Assembly: GCA_002269645.1 (NCBI GenBank)
Contig: NIVC01000240.1
Location: forward strand, 62,001-126,000
Direction: 5' to 3'
DNA: 64,000 nt
DNA from: Macrostomum lignano
Taxonomy: Eukaryota
Each line of letters begins with the position of its first letter. Position 1 is the stretch's first letter. Both the position numbers and the translations under genes were made by a program. This document shows positions 11,901 through 24,886 of the stretch, in pieces. The notes beneath the pieces are model-generated. The model saw only the letters and a list, made by a program, of their open reading frames with translations. It did no database searches and was not told where the DNA came from.

Positions 11901-12393
11901 CAAAAAGTTCTTGTAGTTTGTGAATATATGCTTTATTTATGAAATGAAGTACTTAAAGTATATATAATGGTATTATAGCACTGTGGTTGAAACTTGAATT
12001 TGGGTTGCTCTGTATCAGTCAATATTATTTATATACCTCTGTACACAAAACCTTATCAAAGCTTCTAGAAATTTCTGTAGGCTTAACTTCAGAAACTGCA
12101 AGAACTTTGTGTTTTACCCAATATAAATTCATAAAAGGTCCTATCTTCATTTCTATACAACTAGGCTTATGAGTGTATATGCCTTTAGGGCAGATATTTA
12201 AAAAATGAATACATTAAAAATTCTAATTTGTCAATGGTGTAGATTAGCTAGCCCATGACATTGTAAATCACATAAGGGCATTTTATTTTCCACTATAAAT
12301 TATTATCTACTTGCATGACACATTCTGAACATTGAGATTTTACTGGCTTAAAAAACCTGCTTCTATAAGCTCAACTGAGCCTAGTAGCCCATT

Positions 12394-14231
12394 ATGGCAG
12401 CCAGTCCAGAGGTGCCAACACTCAGCCTGACTGAGACTGAAGTGGTTGAACTTGAGCAGCCAGCTCCTAAGCGACTCAAGCTTAGCACTGGCTTGAACAC
12501 TACTGGAGCTGCCTCTGCAGCATCTTCATCTATGTCAATGGCCAACCCCGCATTGATGCTCATTGACGATGACATTTCTCTTGGGTCAGTCAGCGTCCAG
12601 TTTGAGCAGCAGCTGTTGCAGTCGGTGCTTGATGACAGGCTAGAAGCTACTGCAGATCTGCTGCTCAGTCAGCACGATGTGGACACCAGCGGCGGGGGCG
12701 ACGTTGTTCCACTCATGTCGCCTAGCGCAAGAATTTCTGCGCTGCATCGGCTAGCGCAAACCGTCCTGGCGCGTCTGAAACGGCACCGATTGATCCAAAG
12801 CTTGGCCGATTTGCTGCGCCGCCTGTCGGCTCGCGTCGACACACCCGACGGTCGAGACCTCTGCCAGGAGCTTGCGCTGCTCATGTTGACGACAGCAACG
12901 ATGCCCGACAGTGACGAAAACAGCACCAGCGACAAGTCGGATGACAGTGTCGATGCGTGCGCCGAGGAGTGTCTTCGCTGCTTCCTGGACATACTGCTCG
13001 ACTTGTCGGCGCCTTCATCGACCAGCGCGTCCGCCAGTCGACCATCAGGCACTTTGACTTCATCGTCGTCTGTCGCCGTTGGCGAAGATGCCGCGTCGGT
13101 TGGCTTGACGCTGTGCGGCCTCGACTGCATCCGGCGACTCCTCATCCACTGTCCGGGCCTCCTGGCGTCATCGACGCTGGTTGAGCGGCTGCACCGCCTG
13201 CTAGCGGCCATGGTCAGCCGGCCAGATCCCCGGCTGGTGGCCCACGGCCTGGTGCTCGCTGGCAGGGCGATGTCGCCGCGCGATCGCCTCCTGCCGCCGC
13301 GAGTCACCAGCGCTGAGCTGGCCGGCTTCATGACTGGCCACGAGGATCCCCGGGTGCGCTGGGCCGCCCACGCCTGCCATCTGGCCTGGCTGCGCCGAGC
13401 CTCGTCGCTCACCGCCGGCGATTCTCCCGTGCCGCTGGAGCTGGCGCACAACGCCATGGACGCTGACGACGATCCCGCTGTTCGCGCTGTCTGCGTCGAC
13501 ATCGCCTTGGCTGCCGCTGTCGCCGCTGCCGACGCTGAAGACCCCGATGCCACCACCTCAGTCGTCTCCTCCGAGGGCGTTGCCGATGCCGATGCTATCG
13601 ACGCTGGCGACGCGGCGTTTCGTCGCCTGGCCGGCGCCATGCAAGATGCCAGTCCACTAGTTCGAGTCCGCGCTGCCCGTGCCCTCGGCCGCCTGGCCGG
13701 CCGCGTCTCCGAGGCCGAGCTGGCGGCGACTCTCGATCGCCAGGTAATGACCGACCTACGCCTTCGACGCCGGCCAAACGACCTGCAGGCGCAGCAGCGT
13801 CAGCGAGATCGACGCGCCGGCGCTCCCATTGGCGACGTCGAGCTGAAGGACGTCACGCTGCTCAGCCTGGGCTCCTCCGGCGCTTTTGTCAACGGGTTCG
13901 AAGACGAGAGCTCCGCTGTCCGTGCCGCAGCAGTTCGCTCCGCTGGCCGACTTGCCGAACGCTGTCCGGCCTTTGCCGACCAGTGCGCCGACGTCCTGGT
14001 GGACATGCTCGCCGACGACATTCATGCCGTCCGGCTGGCCGCTGTCCGAGCTCTGGCCCGGCTGGCCGACTTCCAACTAGCCGGTCCGCAGCTGCACGTG
14101 TGTCTGGCCGCGCTCAAAGAGGACAACGCCGAGCTGCGGCGCGGTCTCCGCGATCTGCTGGCTGGCTGCGGCCTGGCAGACACCGACTGCTTGCGGACTT
14201 TGCTGGCCGGCCTGCTGGATAATCTGGCTAG
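12394..14231 (+). CDS. INTS4: Integrator complex subunit 4, exon 1
   Basis: HEAT-like repeats. MQDASPLVRVRAARALG...TLDRQVMTDLR and GAFVNGFEDESSAVRAAAV...FADQCADVLVDMLADDIHAVRL match INTS4 signatures. Donor AG|GTACGA, phase 2. Confidence 0.9.
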
Positions 14232-14261
14232 GTACGAGTAAATAGAAGACTGCTGATTTAA

Positions 14262-14385
14262 GCTGTACACTCCTGTGTGAGTGTGTGCCGGTGCGTATGA
14301 CTGCGTACGTATCCGCGCTCTTGTGTGCCTGCTTAGGGAAGTCAGCGGAATGAGCAGTAATGCGAGTGTACGAACTTCGCCAGCC
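14262..14385. repeat. Interspersed repeat (GCTGTACACTCCTGTGTGAGT...GGGAAGTC.GCGGAATG.GCAGTAATGC), copy 1
   Basis: Near-identical to 16744-16830. A related motif occurs at ~28138-28200. Confidence 0.7.
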
Positions 14386-14667
14386 GAGAAAAATTGCAGC
14401 AAGGAAAGTACCAGCTCAGAATTTCAGCAGCCGTCTAAGTTATGCAATAATAATCATATATCAGAGCTAAAGTGTATCTTATATATTTATTTTTTATACA
14501 ATCTGTCGAAACCCGCGGATTTCGAACCCGCTAAATTCGAATCCCCGGAACTACGAGTATTTTAGCATGCATTCTTAAATCTGAAGGCATACTCAAACAA
14601 AAGCTTGTTAATAGAGGATAGAGGTAAAAAAATTGGAGTAAATGCGTGTTAAATTAGGATTTGATGC

Positions 14668-14845
14668 ATTTGGAACTCCTCTCTCTTCTCTTCTCTCCCC
14701 TCTCTTCTCTCCTCTCTCCTCTTCTCTCTCTCTTCTCTCCTCTCCTCTCTCTTCTCTCCTCTCTCTTCTCTCTCTCTACTTCTGTCCTCTCTCTTCTCTC
14801 TCTCTCTATTTCTCTCCTCTCTCTTCTCTCCTCTTATCTTCCATA
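14668..14845. repeat. CT-rich low-complexity tract in the INTS4 intron
   Basis: Near-pure pyrimidine CTCT/CTTCT repeats on the + strand. Confidence 0.9.
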
Positions 14846-15217
14846 TTTTCTCTTATTTGGTGTCATTTGGTTGAGCGGTTTGGGAGTCCATAGCGAACAA
14901 ATTTGTACACAGATACAACACAGTTTTCGTTTTTATTATAGGTATAAATGTATTAGATAACTTTAGCTCTTATATAATTGATTATAAGCTGGTGTTTGAG
15001 CTGGTATTTTCAAAGCTGCAACTTTTCTCGACTGGCAACTTTTCGGCTGGCTAATTTCGTGCACCGAATGTCACTTAAAGTGCGCGAGGTTGCACACAGC
15101 CCCCTGGCTCTAACTATAAACTAACTAATATACAGCGCAGATATAATGTCTATAGTACAGGGCGCCAGTAAGGCATTTTTAGCATCCAACGATTCCCCCA
15201 TCACTTTCATTGCCCAG

Positions 15218-16298
15218 GTACCCCGCCGATAGGCATTGCGTCTGGCGCTGCTCAGCCGCTGTTGGCCGGCGTCACAGCGGCCTACTGCAGCTGGCGATCG
15301 CCGACCTGCTCTGTCTGCACCCGTATCTGCAGGGCGCCGAGCCGATGAAGGAGGACCCGGCTTACACGGCCGTGCTCCTGGCTGTGCTCAATGCCACAGC
15401 CAGGCTGCCACAGTTGCGCGCCCTGCTCCCGCCTTACGCTAAACGGCACTACGCCTACATGAGAGCCGCCCTGCCGAGCCTCACTCCCGCCCTGCCCGCT
15501 CTGGCCTCCGCCCCGCCCATTACCGCCGCCGTGTCTGTCAACAACGAAGAGTTCTTCGCCGCCACTCTGGCCAAGGTGCGCGCCGAGCTGCAGTCGGCGG
15601 CCTCCGGACGGCGTCGGTTGCGGCCTCTGCTGGCTGATTTGGCCAGACTGGCCCGACTAACTCCGGCTCTGGCCGGTCGGGCCGCATTCGCTCACGACTG
15701 GTGCCGACTGGCCGCGGCGCTGGCCTCGCCAACGTCGTCATCGACGTGCCCGGACGCTGTCGCTATCACCTACCGCCTGCAGCTGCTGTACAGCGGCCAG
15801 CACGCCGAGACAGTTGACTGTCTGGTCCGGCTGCGCCGGCAGATCGCCGCATCGTCGTCTAGCGGGGTGACGTTGCCGACGCCGCCGCTTCTGCCCGACC
15901 CGCTGCCAGCCGGGCTGGGCCGCTTTTCGGCCGCGCTGCTCGAACCGACGACGCTGTCCGGCGTAGAGGAGAATCGGCGATTCCCGGCCGGCCTGCCGCT
16001 GCCGGTGCCAGTCAGGGCCCGTCTGCGCCACTGCCCGAGGCCAGACCGGGTCCGCGTCTGGCTCCGCCTGCCCGACAGGCGGCGCGTCGTCTGGGCGCCG
16101 GCTGACGCGCACTGGACGGAGATTGACGCCTCAGACGGAGTGTACGAGCTGTCCACCCAGCTGCAGGTGACTTGTCCGCAGTGGACAGACGCCGCACAGC
16201 TGCAGGTGTGCCTGGCTATTGAACTGGACGACTGGTCGGCTGAGGTGACACCCTGCGTCCCAGTGAATGTGCAGCCGCAGCCGCCTAGAAGGTCCTAG
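15218..16298 (+). CDS. INTS4: Integrator complex subunit 4, exon 2
   Basis: Acceptor tgcccag|G. YPADRHCVWRC...LHPYLQGAEPMKEDPAYTAVLL...RHYAYMR matches INTS4 (YPTDRDSIWKC...HPFFDTAEPDMDDPAY...RHYAYLR). Spliced total ~972 aa. Confidence 0.9.
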
Positions 16299-16548
16299 TT
16301 TGTTCGGTTATATTTTCCAAGCCTTTTGTTTTAACACTGTACTTTGTATCAGACTGCAGTACCAAATAGACGACCGTGTTCGCGCTCTTGTAACCAGATG
16401 CGAATAGCTAAATATCGAATGTTGTCCGATTCGACTGTTTCCATAAATAATTCATATAGTAAATATACATTGAATGTTGGCTAGTTATTTTAGACTCTAT
16501 TTACTGTCATTTGACTATTATTGATAAATCTACTAGGACTTTAGCTTA

Positions 16549-16735
16549 GGGGCCGTAGCCCAGCGGTAGCGCAGCTGCTCTGGTGTGCCAGCGACCCAGG
16601 CTCGATTCCAAGTGCAGTCACATTAATTTGGGGCTGAATTGGAATCTCGGCTTGGCTCTGCTCGTGCAATTAACGGCCTTGAGAGCCAACCCCCCCAAGG
16701 CGCAGTGAAGTGTACATGCCTAACGATAATATAAA
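16549..16735 (+). mobile_element. tRNA-derived SINE-like element
   Basis: Pol III A box TAGCCCAGCGG (16556-16566) and B box GGCTCGATTCC (16599-16609). No complete acceptor stem, so it is not a functional tRNA. Confidence 0.6.
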
Positions 16736-16743
16736 GTTAGGGC

Positions 16744-16880
16744 GCTGTACACTCCTGTGTGAGTGCCTGCGTACGTATCCGCACGCTTGTATGCCTGCTC
16801 AGGGAAGTCGGCGGAATGGGCAGTAATGCCTCTCGCCGGTTGTGTGCCTATGTCGCTTAAAGTGCGCCAGGGTGCCTCCA
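16744..16880. repeat. Interspersed repeat, copy 2 (same family as 14262-14385)
   Basis: Direct sequence match to the INTS4-intron copy. Confidence 0.7.
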
Positions 16881-17097
16881 ATAAAAATAAAAGGACTTTA
16901 TAGCTTTGTGGAAAAACCCAATGGCGTCTGAAGCCCTTGCAGTTGTGTGCCACTAGTTGTTAACTTGGCCTTCTGTGAGGCAGTTGTAAAAACAGCAACG
17001 TTTTTTTACAATAGATCCCATATTCATTCATGCTTACTGTCTGCCGAGAGTTTTTAATCCAGCTATAAAATAGCAGTTACTGATTTTTGATCCAGTC

Positions 17098-17196
17098 ATG
17101 TCTGAAGAGCAGTCGCCATTTGCTAAAGGCGCTGTTGGAGGCAGCGGTGGCGGCGGCGAGTCCGGTCCAATTTACGGCGATCAGACCGCTAAGCAG
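17098..17196 (+). CDS. TMEM243: TMEM243-like small membrane protein, exon 1
   Basis: gatccag|TC ATG. Encodes MSEEQSPFAKGAVGGSGGGGESGPIYGDQTAKQ; PIYGDQTAKQ resembles TMEM243 PLFGETSAKD. Donor CAG|GTGAAA, phase 0. Confidence 0.65.
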
Positions 17197-20100
17197 GTGA
17201 AAAGTCCAACTTTTCTTCACTAACCTTCACCAAATCAACAGGTGCTAGTCGGACTTTTCTTCACTAACCTTCACCAAATCAACAGGTGCTAGTCGGACTT
17301 TTCTTCACTAACCTCCTTCACCAAATCAACAGGTGCTAGTCGGACTTTTCTTCACTAACCTCCTTCACCAAATCAACAGGTGCTAGTCGGACTTTTCTTC
17401 ACTAACCTCCTTCACCAAATCAACAGGTGCTAGTCGGACTTTTCTTCACTAACCTCCTTCACCAAATCAACAGGTGCTAGTCGGACTTTTCTTCACTAAC
17501 CTCCTTCACCAAATCAACAGGTGCTAGTCGGACTTTTCTTCACTAACCTCCTTCACCAAATCAACAGGTGCTAGTCGGACTTTTCTTCACTAACCTCCTT
17601 CACCAAATCAACAGGTGCTAGTCGGACTTTTCTTCACTAACCTCCTTCACCAAATCAACAGGTGCTAGTCGGACTTTTCTTCACTAACCTCCTTCACCAA
17701 ATCAACAGGTGCTAGTCGGACTTTTCTTCACTAACCTCCTTCACCAAATCAACAGGTGCTAGTCGGACTTTTCTTCACTAACCTCCTTCACCAAATCAAC
17801 AGGTGCTAGTCGGACTTTTCTTCACTAACCTTCACCAAATCAACAGGTGCTAGTCGGACTTTTCTTCACTAACCTCCTTCACCAAATCAACAGGTGCTAG
17901 TCGGACTTTTCTTCACTAACCTCCTTCACCAAATCAACAGGTGCTAGTCGGACTTTTCTTCACTAACCTCCTTCACCAAATCAACAGGTGCTAGTCGGAC
18001 TTTTCTTCACTAACCTCCTTCACCAAAACCTCCTCACAAATCAACAGGTGCTAACCTCGGACTTTTCTTCACTAACCTCCTTCACCAAATCAACAGGTGC
18101 TAGTCGGACTTTTCTTCACTAACCTCCTTCACCAAATCAACAGGTGCTAGTCGGACTTTTCTTCACTAACCTCCTTCACCAAATCAACAGGTGCTAGTCG
18201 GACTTTTCTTCACTAACCTTCACCAAATCAACAGGTGCTAGTCGGACTTTTCTTCACTAACCTCCTTCACCAAATCAACAGGTGCTAGTCGGACTTTTCT
18301 TCACTAACCTCCTTCACCAAATCAACAGGTGCTAGTCGGACTTTTCTTCACTAACCTCCTTCACCAAATCAACAGGTGCTAGTCGGACTTTTCTTCACTA
18401 ACCTTCACCAAATCAACAGGTGCTAGTCGGACTTTTCTTCACTAACCTCCTTCACCAAATCAACAGGTGCTAGTCGGACTTTTCTTCACTAACCTCCTTC
18501 ACCAAATCAACAGGTGCTAGTCGGACTTTTCTTCACTAACCTCCTTCACCAAATCAACAGGTGCTAGTCGGACTTTTCTTCACTAACCTCCTTCACCAAA
18601 TCAACAGGTGCTAGTCGGACTTTTCTTCACTAACCTCCTTCACCAAATCAACAGGTGCTAGTCGGACTTTTCTTCACTAACCTCCTTCACCAAATCAACA
18701 GGTGCTAGTCGGACTTTTCTTCACTAACCTTCACCAAATCAACAGGTGCTAGTCGGACTTTTCTTCACTAACCTCCTTCACCAAATCAACAGGTGCTAGT
18801 CGGACTTTTCTTCACTAACCTCCTTCACCAAATCAACAGGTGCTAGTCGGACTTTTCTTCACTAACCTCCTTCACCAAATCAACAGGTGCTAGTCGGACT
18901 TTTCTTCACTAACCTCCTTCACCAAATCAACAGGTGCTAGTCGGACTTTTCTTCACTAACCTCCTTCACCAAATCAACAGGTGCTAGTCGGACTTTTCTT
19001 CACTAACCTTCACCAAATCAACAGGTGCTAGTCGGACTTTTCTTCACTAACCTTCACCAAATCAACAGGTGCTAGTCGGACTTTTCTTCACTAACCTCCT
19101 TCACCAAATCAACAGGTGCTAGTCGGACTTTTCTTCACTAACCTCCTTCACCAAATCAACAGGTGCTAGTCGGACTTTTCTTCACTAACCTCCTTCACCA
19201 AATCAACAGGTGCTAGTCGGACTTTTCTTCACTAACCTCCTTCACCAAATCAACAGGTGCTAGTCGGACTTTTCTTCACTAACCTCCTTCACCAAATCAA
19301 CAGGTGCTAGTCGGACTTTTCTTCACTAACCTCCTTCACCAAATCAACAGGTGCTAGTCGGACTTTTCTTCACTAACCTTCACCAAATCAACAGGTGCTA
19401 GTCGGACTTTTCTTCACTAACCTTCACCAAATCAACAGGTGCTAGTCGGACTTTTCTTCACTAACCTCCTTCACCAAATCAACAGGTGCTAGTCGGACTT
19501 TTCTTCACTAACCTCCTTCACCAAATCAACAGGTGCTAGTCGGACTTTTCTTCACTAACCTCCTTCACCAAATCAACAGGTGCTAGTCGGACTTTTCTTC
19601 ACTAACCTCCTTCACCAAATCAACAGGTGCTAGTCGGACTTTTCTTCACTAACCTCCTTCACCAAATCAACAGGTGCTAGTCGGACTTTTCTTCACTAAC
19701 CTCCTTCACCAAATCAACAGGTGCTAGTCGGACTTTTCTTCACTAACCTCCTTCACCAAATCAACAGGTGCTAGTCGGACTTTTCTTCACTAACCTCCTT
19801 CACCAAATCAACAGGTGCTAGTCGGACTTTTCTTCACTAACCTCCTTCACCAAATCAACAGGTGCTAGTCGGACTTTTCTTCACTAACCTCCTTCACCAA
19901 ATCAACAGGTGCTAGTCGGACTTTTCTTCACTAACCTCCTTCACCAAATCAACAGGTGCTAGTCGGACTTTTCTTCACTAACCTCCTTCACCAAATCAAC
20001 AGGTGCTAGTCGGACTTTTCTTCACTAACCTCCTTCACCAAATCAACAGGTGCTAGTCGGACTTTTCTTCACTAACCTCCTTCACCAAATCAACAGGTGC

Positions 20101-23100
20101 TAGTCGGACTTTTCTTCACTAACCTCCTTCACCAAATCAACAGGTGCTAGTCGGACTTTTCTTCACTAACCTCCTTCACCAAATCAACAGGTGCTAGTCG
20201 GACTTTTCTTCACTAACCTCCTTCACCAAATCAACAGGTGCTAGTCGGACTTTTCTTCACTAACCTCCTTCACCAAATCAACAGGTGCTAGTCGGACTTT
20301 TCTTCACTAACCTTCACCAAATCAACAGGTGCTAGTCGGACTTTTCTTCACTAACCTCCTTCACCAAATCAACAGGTGCTAGTCGGACTTTTCTTCACTA
20401 ACCTCCTTCACCAAATCAACAGGTGCTAGTCGGACTTTTCTTCACTAACCTCCTTCACCAAATCAACAGGTGCTAGTCGGACTTTTCTTCACTAACCTCC
20501 TTCACCAAATCAACAGGTGCTAGTCGGACTTTTCTTCACTAACCTCCTTCACCAAATCAACAGGTGCTAGTCGGACTTTTCTTCACTAACCTTCACCAAA
20601 TCAACAGGTGCTAGTCGGACTTTTCTTCACTAACCTCCTTCACCAAATCAACAGGTGCTAGTCGGACTTTTCTTCACTAACCTCCTTCACCAAATCAACA
20701 GGTGCTAGTCGGACTTTTCTTCACTAACCTTCACCAAATCAACAGGTGCTAGTCGGACTTTTCTTCACTAACCTCCTTCACCAAATCAACAGGTGCTAGT
20801 CGGACTTTTCTTCACTAACCTCCTTCACCAAATCAACAGGTGCTAGTCGGACTTTTCTTCACTAACCTTCACCAAATCAACAGGTGCTAGTCGGACTTTT
20901 CTTCACTAACCTTCACCAAATCAACAGGTGCTAGTCGGACTTTTCTTCACTAACCTTCACCAAATCAACAGGTGCTAGTCGGACTTTTCTTCACTAACCT
21001 CCTTCACCAAATCAACAGGTGCTAGTCGGACTTTTCTTCACTAACCTCCTTCACCAAATCAACAGGTGCTAGTCGGAATTTTCTTCACTAACCTTCACCA
21101 AATCAACAGGTGCTAGTCGGACTTTTCTTCACTAACCTCCTTCACCAAATCAACAGGTGCTAGTCGGACTTTTCTTCACTAACCTCCTTCACCAAATCAA
21201 CAGGTGCTAGTCGGACTTTTCTTCACTAACCTCCTTCACCAAATCAACAGGTGCTAGTCGGACTTTTCTTCACTAACCTCCTTCACCAAATCAACAGGTG
21301 CTAGTCGGACTTTTCTTCACTAACCTCCTTCACCAAATCAACAGGTGCTAGTCGGACTTTTCTTCACTAACCTTCACCAAATCAACAGGTGCTAGTCGGA
21401 CTTTTCTTCACTAACCTCCTTCACCAAATCAACAGGTGCTAGTCGGACTTTTCTTCACTAACCTCCTTCACCAAATCAACAGGTGCTAGTCGGAATTTTC
21501 TTCACTAACCTTCACCAAATCAACAGGTGCTAGTCGGACTTTTCTTCACTAACCTCCTTCACCAAATCAACAGGTGCTAGTCGGACTTTTCTTCACTAAC
21601 CTCCTTCACCAAATCAACAGGTGCTAGTCGGACTTTTCTTCACTAACCTTCACCAAATCAACAGGTGCTAGTCGGACTTTTCTTCACTAACCTCCTTCAC
21701 CAAATCAACAGGTGCTAGTCGGACTTTTCTTCACTAACCTCCTTCACCAAATCAACAGGTGCTAGTCGGACTTTTCTTCACTAACCTTCACCAAATCAAC
21801 AGGTGCTAGTCGGACTTTTCTTCACTAACCTCCTTCACCAAATCAACAGGTGCTAGTCGGACTTTTCTTCACTAACCTCCTTCACCAAATCAACAGGTGC
21901 TAGTCGGACTTTTCTTCACTAACCTTCACCAAATCAACAGGTGCTAGTCGGACTTTTCTTCACTAACCTCCTTCACCAAATCAACAGGTGCTAGTCGAAC
22001 TTTTCTTCACTAACCTCCTTCACCAAATCAACAGGTGCTAGTCGGACTTTTCTTCACTAACCTCCTTCACCAAATCAACAGGTGCTAGTCGGACTTTTCT
22101 TCACTAACCTCCTTCACCAAATCAACAGGTGCTAGTCGGACTTTTCTTCACTAACCTCCTTCACCAAATCAACAGGTGCTAGTCGGACTTTTCTTCACTA
22201 ACCTCCTTCACCAAATCAACAGGTGCTAGTCGGAATTTTCTTCACTAACCTTCACCAAATCAACAGGTGCTAGTCGGACTTTTCTTCACTAACCTCCTTC
22301 ACCAAATCAACAGGTGCTAGTCGGACTTTTCTTCACTAACCTCCTTCACCAAATCAACAGGTGCTAGTCGGACTTTTCTTCACTAACCTCCTTCACCAAA
22401 TCAACAGGTGCTAGTCGGACTTTTCTTCACTAACCTCCTTCACCAAATCAACAGGTGCTAGTCGGACTTTTCTTCACTAACCTCCTTCACCAAATCAACA
22501 GGTGCTAGTCGGACTTTTCTTCACTAACCTTCACCAAATCAACAGGTGCTAGTCGGACTTTTCTTCACTAACCTCCTTCACCAAATCAACAGGTGCTAGT
22601 CGGACTTTTCTTCACTAACCTCCTTCACCAAATCAACAGGTGCTAGTCGGAATTTTCTTCACTAACCTTCACCAAATCAACAGGTGCTAGTCGGACTTTT
22701 CTTCACTAACCTCCTTCACCAAATCAACAGGTGCTAGTCGGACTTTTCTTCACTAACCTCCTTCACCAAATCAACAGGTGCTAGTCGGACTTTTCTTCAC
22801 TAACCTTCACCAAATCAACAGGTGCTAGTCGGACTTTTCTTCACTAACCTTCACCAAATCAACAGGTGCTAGTCGGACTTTTCTTCACTAACCTCCTTCA
22901 CCAAATCAACAGGTGCTAGTCGAACTTTTCTTCACTAACCTCCTTCACCAAATCAACAGGTGCTAGTCGGACTTTTCTTCACTAACCTCCTTCACCAAAT
23001 CAACAGGTGCTAGTCGGACTTTTCTTCACTAACCTCCTTCACCAAATCAACAGGTGCTAGTCGGACTTTTCTTCACTAACCTCCTTCACCAAATCAACAG

Positions 23101-23191
23101 GTGCTAGTCGGAATTTTCTTCACTAACCTTCACCAAATCAACAGGTGCTAGTCGGACTTTTCTTCACTAACCTCCTTCACCAAATCAACAG
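17197..23191 (+). repeat. Intron made entirely of ~125-130 tandem 44/47-bp units (GTGCTAGTCGGACTTTTCTTCACTAAC[CTC]CTTCACCAAATCAACAG)
   Basis: Unit directly visible. Every unit starts GT, contains CACTAAC and ends CAG. Confidence 0.97.
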
Positions 23192-23464
23192 GTGGTAGTC
23201 GAACGTGGTCTGTTTATCGCCGCCAAAGTGAACCTGCTCATCACATTGATATTGTGCATAGTGCGAGCGGCGGTGAACCCGGTGAACGCTGGCCTCTATC
23301 TGATGTACGCCCTGTCCCTGTGCCTGTTCACTGGCCTGGAATTCTACCTGATCCACCTGGAGCGAATGGGCGAGTTAGTCAGCTCACGTCGCTGGTTCGT
23401 CTACGTCTTTGGAGTATTCATGTTTGTGCAGTCAATCTGCACAGATATTCTCGTGTTCGAGTAG
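23192..23464 (+). CDS. TMEM243: TMEM243-like small membrane protein, exon 2
   Basis: Acceptor caacag|GTG, phase 0. Three hydrophobic segments; LIHLERMGELVSSRRWFVYV resembles TMEM243 IYWYRQGDLEPKFRKLIYY. Spliced product 123 aa. Confidence 0.65.
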   Translation: MVVERGLFIAAKVNLLITLILCIVRAAVNPVNAGLYLMYALSLCLFTGLEFYLIHLERMGELVSSRRWFVYVFGVFMFVQSICTDILVFE

Positions 23465-23789
23465 TGGACCTAATTATATAATGACAAGTATTATTAGTGG
23501 TGTTAGATTTGTTATACAATTACTTTTTATTGATTTAAAATTCAAATCACGCGGTGCTTTGTGTACTTTGATTATTTTTGGATATTTTTTGCAAAGTGCA
23601 ACTTTTTTGGCACGAGTCAAATTTTAAATAAATTCATTATTTATCCCGTGTAAAAGTTAGAGCGAGTTAACGCGCTCAAAAAAATTCAAAGAGTGTGCAA
23701 AATACACCGAGTTTATGTCCCTGCACTCGCTCATTTTCGCACGGTGCTGACTTGCTAAAAGCATTTTTTTGTAAAAATTCTCACGCTCA

Positions 23790-24500
23790 TTCTCTTGCTA
23801 TTGTCTCTCGCTCATTCTCACGCTCATTCTCTCGCTACTGTTACTCGCTCATTCTCTCGTTCATTCTCTCGCTCATTCTCACGCTACTGTTACTCGCTCA
23901 TTCTCTCGCTCATTCTCACGCTCATTCTCTCGCTCATTCTCTCGCTACTGTTACTCGCTCATTCTCCCGCTACTGTTACTCGCTCATTCTCTCGCTACTG
24001 TTACTCGCTCATTCTCTCGCTACTGTTACTCGCTCATTCTCTCGCTACTGTTACTCGCTCATTCTCTCGCTACTGTTACTCGCTCATTCTCTCGCTCATT
24101 CTCTCGCTACTGTTACTCGCTCATTCTCCCGCTACTGTTACTCGCTCATTCTCTCGCTACTGTTACTCGCTCATTCTCCCGCTACTGTTACTCGCTCATT
24201 CTCTCGCTACTGTTACTCGCTCATTCTCTCGCTACTGTTACTCGCTCATTCTCCCGCTACTGTTACTCGCTCATTCTCTCGCTACTGTTACTCGCTCATT
24301 CTCCCGCTACTGTTACTCGCTCATTCTCTCGCTACTGTTACTCGCTCATTCTCTCGCTACTGTTACTCGCTCATTCTCTCGCTACTGTTACTCGCTCATT
24401 CTCTCGCTACTGTTACTCGCTCATTCTCTCGCTACTGTTACTCGCTCATTCTCTCGCTACTGTTACTCGCTCATTCTCTCGCTACTGTCTCTCGCTCATT
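23790..24500. repeat. 25-bp minisatellite (CTCGCTCATTCTCTCGCTACTGTTA), roughly 27 copies
   Basis: Directly visible. Confidence 0.95.
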
Positions 24501-24886
24501 TCCCATCTCTAGACTTGACGCGCTTATACAATAGAAATGCAGTGGCTTAGCTCACCGGATGCCGCAGTTTCGCGCTCAAAACGGCGCTCGATTTTTCATA
24601 TGAAGTATGCACACCAATTAATTACTTGTGTATATGAAATTGGTTCAAACGGTACAGTATATTTATGGCTTAAAGCTGGAAATAGTACTGATATTCATGA
24701 AGATGACATTACACGGCGCCTTCTTGTACGGCTTTGTACGGTAAATTCATAAAGATGACATTTATGGGGCGCCTTGTAAGGATTTGTACGAAAAAAATGC
24801 TAAAGTAAAGAAAATAGTAAAGAAAAGAAAAGCACCAGAACGTATACTACGAGGGGCATTCAAAAAGTTTTGGCAACTGACCTAAT

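Noticed and set aside
16549-16622. tRNA gene
   Set aside because: A and B boxes are present, but the acceptor and T stems do not pair properly; treated as a SINE head.
17197-23191. CRISPR-like regular repeat array
   Set aside because: Units are head-to-tail with no unique spacers, there are no cas genes, and the context is a eukaryotic intron.
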